DNA from: Octopus bimaculoides
Taxonomy: Eukaryota
Direction: 5' to 3'
NCBI RefSeq assembly: GCF_001194135.2
Contig: NC_068987.1
Coordinates: 2,008,296 to 2,072,295 of the forward strand
Length of the DNA stretch: 64,000 nucleotides
The notes under the pieces are model-generated. The model did not search any database, was not told the DNA's origin, and saw only the letters and a program-made list of their open reading frames with translations. Both the position numbers and the translations under genes were made by a program. Of this stretch, positions 55,516 through 64,000 are shown one piece after another. How positions within the stretch are numbered: position 1 is the first letter of the stretch; each line of letters opens with the position of its first letter.

Positions 55516-55575
55516 GATCCACTGATTGACTGACAGACATATATATATACACACACACACATATATATACATAAG

Positions 55576-55619
<44 letters not shown>

Positions 55620-58205
55620 GAGGATAGTCGGTATGCTTACGTACTGACTTACATGTGATGGGCGTATGCATTTGTGCAGGCATGTGTGTTTCATATTGCG
55701 TGATTAAGAATTAAATAACAGAATACAATGGACGTGTTGTGATGGTCAATGTAGAATATGTCGCATAACTAAGAAAATATTGCTGTTGTTCTTGTTTTTA
55801 TATTTTGGAGTAAATAACTCGCTGGCTCTTATGCGTAGATGTTGAGAGTATATGCATGAATATATAAATAAAATATAAAAATATGAATGTGTTTATGTCT
55901 GTTTTGATGCGAAGTTATTATTAAAGCTATTTTACATTTAACTGAAGGATTGCTCAATATATTTTTTAGTATACATTTATAATTAATTAAGAAGAGGTTT
56001 GGCAAGTGACGTCAAATTTTCGGCCAGCTAAGCCTTCATCGGTCACTCCGTCGATGGGTTAGTTGACCGAAACTTCCACTTAATACTCACCTCGTTAAAG
56101 AATAATAAATATGTATGTGTGTATGCATGTATGTATGTATGTATGTATGTATGTATGCATGCATATATGTATATATGTATATATGTGTGTATGGGTGTAT
56201 GTTTATATATAGAGAGAGAGATATAGATAGATAATTATATATATATATCAGTAGTTCATATGATCGAAAAGAGGGACACTCTAAAACATCAGAGTAGCAA
56301 TATTTAAAAGGTTGTTATGGCTGATCAGAAACAGACCATTAGTTTCGCATCTATAAAGCGCTTAGCCGCTTAGTTGTATAGGTGGCCTTGAGGCTCAAAC
56401 GGCCGGAAGCATATAACCGCTCTACAACTGGTGGGAGGAAAGCACCAATGTCAGTTAATTTTGTAAACAACAAAAAAACGTCCGAAACGAAACTCTACTG
56501 GCAAAACCATGGGCGTGGCGGAGTGATCCTTCTTAGATGGGTTCCAGTTAAGTCTACGACAGGCCTGGCAAAGATGTCTGAAGATGGCACCCTTTTTTGT
56601 TTCCAACAAGATTTACCTCTGATGAGGGCACTGACGAAAGAAAGAAAGAATATGTTCAGATATTCACAAATATCAACAAAGCACGTCATGTATAGTTGTG
56701 TGCAGGAATCGGTAACCCAATTGCTTGATTATTTTGTCTATATTTGATTCTTTGATGTCGAATTTCGAAGAGAGTATTCATACTACTGCGAATTATTGTG
56801 GATGTCTGATTCACAAAGAAATATTTTGAAATAACTTAACTGCGTTTAGTGGCTCAAAAGTGATAGTTTCCGAAGAAGTACTGGAATGAGCGAAAGCAGA
56901 TATTCTTTACTGAAACAATAAAATTCTGCACCATAACTATTACTATTTCACTTACTATTATAACTCGTGTTGAGTTCTTGTATTTTTGTTCTTCGTCTTT
57001 GACAATTTGCCGATGTAAATATATACAATCAACACCAAACTAGTGTGTACACATATACAGATATACAGACTTACATATGTACATTTGCTTATATATTTGT
57101 ACTTAAGAATATCCATACACACACGCACGCACACACATGTATATTATATAAAGATATACATACTCACAGACATTGCCAGAGAGTATAAGCAGTGACTGTG
57201 TGCTTCAATAGATATGCAACTGGAGCTCTCACAGACGCTCACCATAACGCTTCAGCCTGTGCTCCGCAGACGTGAATGTCTCCTCTCTCTCTATATATAT
57301 TTACTACCAGAATTCGTTGCGTCTTTGAGCGGCGCTGACCGCCTTGTTTCACCTCCTCTCAAGCAATCCTCACTAACTCGCCTTTCCTCTCTCTCATCAT
57401 CCATATTGTTTCCTGTCCATAAATATCTTATTAACCACTACTAAGGACGATATCAACCACGTCGATCTCAGCAACCTCATGTGAACTGCTAAGTTAATGT
57501 GCTAGTACTTCTGCTTAAGGTCAGACATATAGAAAAGAACTAAAAAATTGTAAGCTATTTCTGCCATAGCCATCATGTCTGCAAATATACTTTACTTCTT
57601 CCTCCATTTTGTGATATATTTTTACTCTTTTTAAAGACCCAATGGTGACACTTGAAATCGAATTTGGTTGCTATTTCTAGGCAGTTGTGTGAGCTCACGG
57701 AAGATCTCTCGATGTTATTTGTTCAGTTGCAGCAGTTTCAACCAGTGGAAGGCGTTCCATACGTGACTATTCTGTGCTTTTGTATATGAAAAACTACATG
57801 GATTTATTTATACGTGATCATTTCACATTTTCAAGACAGTAGGATGTGATTTGGTGGAAATTTGGCTGCTCTTTCGAGCAAATGACATGACCGTGTAGAT
57901 GCCTCATATATTTCATGTACTCCAGCGTAAAGCTGGTGGTGGGTGTAGTCAAGCATCCAGAATATTCGGTAACTCTATGCCACAGCCGTTGATTTCTCTC
58001 TTCTTTATTGTAACTTTTCGTTATACGATCTCCAACGCTCAAATTCACAACACCTGTCACCAAATAACCACCAGCCTTCTAACAGGTCACACAACATGCT
58101 AGAGATAGCAGCTATGTCTGCCACGATTCAGCTCCTGCTGTGTTAAGTAAAGCACATAGAATAATATAAACCAAGCTACTTGGAAAAAACATTTGATGGA
58201 CATAT

Positions 58206-58324
58206 AGGCGTGACTGTGTGGTCCCGGGTTCAGTCCCACTGTATGGCACCTTCAGTAAGTGTTTTCTATTATAGCCTCGGGGCAACCAAAGCCTTGTGAG
58301 TGGATTTTCTGAGCAGAAACTGCC

Positions 58325-58368
<44 letters not shown>

Positions 58369-58495
58369 NNNNNNNNNNNNNNNNNNNNNNNNNNNNNNNN
58401 NNNNNNNNNNNNNNNNNNNNNNNNNNNNNNNNNNNNNNNNNNNNNNNNNNNNNNNNNNNNNNNNNNNNNNNNNNNNNNNNNNNNNNNNNNNAGAG

Positions 58496-58528
<33 letters not shown>

Positions 58529-58762
58529 TGTGTGTGTGTGTATAGGTGAGTGTTCTGTGTTTGACTCGCCATCACCACTTGAAAACTGGTGTTGGTGTGT
58601 TTACGTTCCTGTAACTTAGCGGTTCAGGAAAAGAGATCGATAAAATAAATAGCAGGCTTTAAAAAATAAGTACTGGTGTCTATTCATTCGACTAAAGATT
58701 TAAGGAGGTGCCCCCCACCCCCGCAGTATGGCCGCAGTCTAATGACGGAAACAACTAAAAGA
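58206..58762 (+). mobile_element. SINE family A, head + microsatellite/gap + tail
   Basis: Head (5'-deleted) 58206-58325, then (TA)n/gap/(AG)n/(TG)n, then tail 58560-58762. Confidence 0.85.
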
Positions 58763-59571
58763 TGGACATGGCTAAAATTTCGTTAATGACATGCTCCAAT
58801 CAGGAGTGACCTAGGGTTAAACGAAAAGACTAAGAACAGCAAAAACGACAACAACAATAACAACAATAACATTGGTTATTATTTCACCTGTCAGCAGGTG
58901 ATCGATTGAACTCATAAACTACAGACACTATATTTCAGGTCCATGTCTATTTGTTTCTCTCTCACTCTCTCTCTCTCTCTCTCTCTATCTCTCTTTACGC
59001 CTCTCTTCCCCTGCACACACACACACACACACACATACACACACACACACANNNNNNNNNNNNNNNNNNNNNNNNNNNNNNNNNNNNNNNNNNNNNNNNN
59101 NNNNNNNNNNNNNNNNNNNNNNNNNNNNNNNNNNNNNNNNNNNNNNNNNNNNNNNNNNNNNNNNNNNNNNNNNNNNNNNNNNNNNNNNNNNNNNNNNNNN
59201 NNNNNNNNNNNNNNNNNNNNNNNNNNNNNNNNNNNNNNNNNNNNNNNNNNNNNNNNNNNNNNNNNNNNNNNNNNNNNNNNNNNNNNNNNNNNNNNNNNNN
59301 NNNNNNNNNNNNNNNNNNNNNNNNNNNNNNNNNNNNNNNNNNNNNNNNNNNNNNNNNNNNNNNNNNNNNNNNNNNNNNNNNNNNNNNNNNNNNNNNNNNN
59401 NNNNNNNNNNNNNNNNNNNNNNNNNNNNNNNNNNNNNNNNNNNNNNNNNNNNNNNNNNNNNNNNNNNNNNNNNNNNNNNNNNNNNNNNNNNNNNNNNNNN
59501 NNNNNNNNNNNNNNNNNNNNNCTCGAGCCATGCTAGGCTTTTAAGGTCCGGTTTCCCGGTTTCAGGTGCGT

Positions 59572-59604
<33 letters not shown>

Positions 59605-59740
59605 TAGATAGATAGATAGATAAAACTTACTTGGAAATGAATGCGTGGCGTTCGATCATATAATATTATAAATAATATATAAATATATGCATATATCCAT
59701 ACATACATATATGCACATACTTATATATATATGTATACAA

Positions 59741-60150
59741 GGGTACAGGACATCAAAAAAAAGTGGACAAAATGAGAAAGGAGAACAAAAAAACGAAAAC
59801 GTAGAAAACGAACTTTTTTCGAACAATGAAAGAAACAAACAGAGAAAGGAGACAAGCAACATAAAAGAACATTCCCTTCATCAGTTGTCCCCTGTTTTAT
59901 TTAATCCACGTTTCGAAGGTAGGGACAAAACGCGGCTTCGTTAAAAACAGTCCTTCCCGCAAAGCAAATTAAATAAAATTTGGAATTTTTTGCGGAGGGT
60001 TAAAGTGGTAACAAAAACAGGAACAAAACAGTAAACACAAACGGTGCGGGTTGTTAAGCCAAGACGATGTGAAGTGGTGAATGCTGGAGAAACGAGCTTT
60101 CAGAAGAGACAGGTAAAAGCACGTCTTGTCTTTAGGACAAATTAAAATAA
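59741..60150. mobile_element. Unclassified repeat family G, copy 2 (hairpin-rich)
   Basis: Homologous to 32282-32520. Contains inverted pairs TTGTCCC/GGGACAA (59885-59928) and TCCCGCAAA/TTTGCGGA (about 59955-59997). Confidence 0.7.
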
Positions 60151-60754
60151 TAAAAGTCATTAACTGCTGTTCTTTTTTTCTCACCACATAATTATTTATA
60201 ATTAAATTTATAATGTTCCTTGTATTTAATGTTAACTCATGTTTTCCGTCTCTTCCGTTCAGGCTCTCTATATATCAGTCTATCTCTTTGTGTCTATTAA
60301 AATGTATCTCTGCGTCTGTCGGTCATTTTGGTCGTCTGTCTCACAACATAATTATTTAAAATTAAAATTTTAATGTTGCCAAGAATTTTACATGTTAACA
60401 CTAACTCAATTCTTAGTCTGTCTGTTTGTCTGGCGGTCATTTTGTCTGACTAACAGTTTATCTGTCCGTTTGTGCGTCTGGTCCCTTTGTCAGTCTTTCT
60501 GGTTATCTATCTCATGACATGTTTGTTTTAGAGATTCTTCATGCCTCCAATATTTTCGATGTTAACTCTAACCTAATTCTCTGTCTCTTTGTCCGCCTGG
60601 CAATCTGCCTTTGTCTCTTTGTCTGTCTATCTAACTACACTTCTGCTTGCTCCGTTTTCATACCACCATATCTATGCTACCAAATAAAGATTACCTTTAT
60701 TCTTCATGTCCTCTGTACAATATATCTTTTATCTTTTCCTTTTTTCAGGAATTT

Positions 60755-60984
60755 CCCTGCAGCCATGCTGGAGCACAACCTCGAAACATTTAGTCGGACA
60801 AATTCTCACCAGGACTTATTTCCTGGAGCAACGACGCTTACTCCATCCATCTCTTTTGACGAACAGCTAACACTGGTTCACAGACACACATCGCTATATA
60901 CATACACCCACATACACACACACACACACACACCCACATACACCCCCCACACACATATATATATATTTGTATATTTTTATATTG

Positions 60985-61021
<37 letters not shown>

Positions 61022-61216
61022 CAAAAATATACATGTGTATCTACGTCTGTGTCTATGTGTGTTTCGCTATCAACTATCTAAATACACTCACAAGGATTCG
61101 GTCCGCCCCAGGGCTATAGTAGAAGACAATTGCCCAAGGAGCCACACAGTGGGACTGAACCTGGAACCATGAGGTAAGGAAGCAATTGTCTTACCACACA
61201 GACACGCCTTTGCCTA
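60755..61216 (-). mobile_element. SINE family A with intact internal CA/TA microsatellite
   Basis: Head at about 61085-61216, tail remnant CTGCAGCCATGCTGGAGCAC...AGGACTTATT at about 60755-60825, with a microsatellite between and no gap. Confidence 0.85.
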
Positions 61217-61359
61217 TGTCAACGCTAATATATTCGTCTCTCTAACTCCCGCTCTCTAACTATCAGTCTATTTGTTATCGTGTTTGTCACTCACTCACTC
61301 ACTCACTCTTACTCTCTTTATCTCTCTGTCTCTCTCTCTCAATCTCACAATCTCTCTTA

Positions 61360-61401
<42 letters not shown>

Positions 61402-61500
61402 TTTCCATCTCTCTTTTCCTCTCCTTCCCCCTCTCTCTCTCTGCTGGTCTCTCCCTCTCATAATTATTTATACTTCCTGAATATGTTAACGCTAACTTAC

Positions 61501-61559
61501 CCATTGTAAATAAACATTAATAGACCGACACAGGCATCAACAAACAGCGATAAATACTG
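61501..61559 (-). other. Candidate exon (59 nt) ending in ACAATGG|GTAAGT
   Basis: Acceptor ATTATCTTTACAG (NAGNAG), consensus donor G|GTAAGT, and an ATG in good Kozak context at 61504-61502. Confidence 0.3.
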
Positions 61560-61699
61560 CTGTAAAGATAATAGACTTCTATGGAATATCGATGAATATT
61601 GTTGTGAGTGGTCGATTATTGAACAATATAAGCATCAATATGAACATTAATGAATACTACTCTAACTGATCGATGATGAACACACACACACACACACAT

Positions 61700-61745
<46 letters not shown>

Positions 61746-62177
61746 NNNNNNNNNNNNNNNNNNNNNNNNNNNNNNNNNNNNNNNNNNNNNNNNNNNNNNN
61801 NNNNNNNNNNNNNNNNNNNNNNNNNNNNNNNNNNNNNNNNNNNNNNNNNNNNNNNNNNNNNNNNNNNNNNNNNNNNNNNNNNNNNNNNNNNNNNNNNNNN
61901 NNNNNNNNNNNNNNNNNNNNNNNNNNNNNNNNNNNNNNNNNNNNNNNNNNNNNNNNNNNNNNNNNNNNNNNNNNNNNNNNNNNNNNNNNNNNNNNNNNNN
62001 NNNNNNNNNNNNNNNNNNNNNNNNNNNNNNNNNNNNNNNNNNNNNNNNNNNNNNNNNNNNNNNNNNNNNNNNNNNNNNNNNNNNNNNNNNNNNNNNNNNN
62101 NNNNNNNNNNNNNNNNNNNNNNNNNNNNNNNNNNNNNNNNNNNNNNNNNNNNNNNNNNNNNNNNNNNNNNNNNNNNN

Positions 62178-62226
<49 letters not shown>

Positions 62227-62261
62227 ATACATTTATTTTTAACACACACACACACATATAT

Positions 62262-62622
62262 AGGTGTAAACGCGGCTGTGTTGTATGAAGCCTGCTTTCC
62301 AATCACATGGTTCTGGGTTCAGTCCCACTGCGTGACACCATGGGCAAGTGTCTTGCCATGATGCCCATACTATGAGTGATTTTGTGTCTGTGTGCGCACA
62401 CACGCACACGCGGATGCGTCATTGTTTTTGTGTTTCTCCCCCACCACCATTTGACAACCGCTGTTGGTTTCATTACGTCCTCGTAACGAAGCGTCTCGGC
62501 CAAATACACCGATAGAATAAGTACCAGGCTTTAAAAAAAAAATTAAGTACTGATTTCGGTTCATTCGATTAAAAATTACTGAAGCGAGTGCTCCAGCACG
62601 GCCGCAGTCTAATGACTGAAAG
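62262..62622 (+). mobile_element. SINE family A with very short internal TG/CA tract
   Basis: GGTTCTGGGTTCAGTCCCACTGCGTGACACCATGGGCAAGTGTCTT...CCCCACCACCATTTGACAACCG...GCTCCAGCACGGCCGCAGTCTAATGACTGAAA. Confidence 0.88.
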
Positions 62623-62679
62623 TATGTAAACGAAAAAAGACAGAAATATATATGTGTTGGTGTGTGTGTGTGCGTATAT

Positions 62680-62785
62680 GGGTAGAGGACGTCATCAGCG
62701 GTGCAAATAACATGAAATACGTAAACAAACGAGGGAAAAACGAGTGAAATGCGTAAATAACGAGAAAAACTGGAAAAGAGGACAA
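62680..62785. mobile_element. Unclassified repeat family G, copy 3 (one end only)
   Basis: GGGTAGAGGACGTCA...AACATGAAATACG.AA...AACGAG..AAAC..GGAAAA..AGGACAA aligns to 32282-32390. Confidence 0.6.
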
Positions 62786-63068
62786 TATATATATATACAC
62801 ATATATATGTATGTGTGTGTGTGTGTATTGTGAATACTTTTATGAGTGATCAATAACAGATCTATATCGGTATCAATATACATAGAAAGATAACACGCAT
62901 TATTATTCAAAGCTGAGCCGAGCGTCTTACACGCGTCGCTACTCGGAGTTTCCTTTTTTACGGTCTCTTGCTGACTGACACACATTTTGTCGTTGAAACT
63001 TCCTTATATGCATTGAAATAGCTCAATACAAATGACCCACCGCGCAGGTGACAAAGAAAAAATCCCAG

Positions 63069-63140
63069 TTGGCGGGAAAATACAGGCTGCGTGCATGTTC
63101 GTGTGACCTTGGGAGCAGGGCGGGAAAAGAGGATATAAAT
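63069..63140. promoter_or_regulatory. Pair of E2F-type sites with adjacent TATA-like box (candidate promoter)
   Basis: GGCGGGAAAA at 63071-63080 (context TTGGCGGGAAAA) and 63119-63128. TATAAAT at 63134-63140. Locally CpG-rich, non-repeat sequence at 62910-63130. Confidence 0.4.
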
Positions 63141-63396
63141 CTTGGTTAAGTGTATCTAATGTTTGTAAAGGGTTATGTGGATCCTAATATGATTGTAGTT
63201 AAGTAGGGACGATTTTTATGTGGACCTTTTGTTTTCGACCTGTCTTCGATTTAATTATGGTGACTAGTTTTAGCGAATAGAATTTTCTGCCTGGTGACTA
63301 TTAATATAGGAAATACTGTTTTTTTATGAGCGGTGTTAAATAGAGTAATTATTGTGCAGGGAAACATTAGGTTGTGTGTTTGTGGCCTACACACTG

Positions 63397-63475
<79 letters not shown>

Positions 63476-63716
63476 CACAATATGAATACACACTCATATG
63501 CATAAAGGCATGCGTATATACATTGTAAATATATATTCATTTTACCCGCACTTTCCATAGTCTCTGCAGTTCAATGGCTAGGTCCTGGTACTTTGCTATT
63601 TTTTCTATACTTCACATATTAATTTTTTCATCCTTTGGGACTGTAAAGTCAATTATCTGGCACTCTTTATTCTCAATTATCTGGTACTATTCTATTCTCG
63701 CGCATCTTGTATTTTT

Positions 63717-63758
63717 TACTTTCTAGTACTTACTTTCTAGTACTTACTTTCTAGTACT
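63717..63758. repeat. 14-bp tandem repeat x3
   Basis: TACTTTCTAGTACT x3, exact. Confidence 0.9.
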
Positions 63759-64000
63759 TTACTAGGTTAACGTTCATACCATTTATCAGTATGTTAAAAT
63801 CCTAGCTTTCTACATAGCTGATGTGGATTACTCTCCCTAGATTGTCATGTTTTTTCTTGTATCCTTTCTGTGCCAGCATGATACATTCATTGACTATATG
63901 AGTAACGCTCTGCTCTTTTGATTTGCATAATCTAAATTGGGAATCTACTTGGCTTTTTAGTCCTTAATGCTTGATCCTGTGCAGTTACTAACAAACTTTC

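Noticed and set aside
56040-56078. Hairpin TCGGTCA/TGACCGA followed by GAAAC
   Set aside because: The core-like word is on the opposite strand from GAAAC; not a coherent ribozyme.
56085-56105. Minus-strand AG|GTGAGT as a recursive splice site
   Set aside because: Acceptor is GAG with a weak pyrimidine tract, next to a microsatellite.

Overview
AT-rich animal genomic DNA with about 5.5 kb of N in 18 gaps, nearly all bordered by (TA)n/(CA)n/(CT)n tracts. The SINE families and extreme microsatellite density point to a coleoid cephalopod, most likely Octopus; this is an inference from recalled repeat sequences, not a database hit. No intact protein-coding gene is recognisable, and most ORFs in the track are microsatellite or gap artefacts. 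The window holds several tRNA-derived SINE families (about 25 copies or fragments). It also holds decayed LINE pieces: CR1-type RT, R4/Dong, Hero-like restriction-enzyme-like endonuclease (REL), and other RT remnants. A Tigger-like remnant and a MITE-like element are also present. The most notable feature is at 21563-22004: a tRNA-headed (Pol III) SINE carrying a minimal type I hammerhead ribozyme of the kind found in Penelope-like elements. It is fused head-to-head to an inverted partial copy whose internal breakpoint coincides with the predicted ribozyme cleavage site. Weaker candidates are an E2F-site pair near 63.1 kb and phase-compatible minus-strand exons; these need transcript data.
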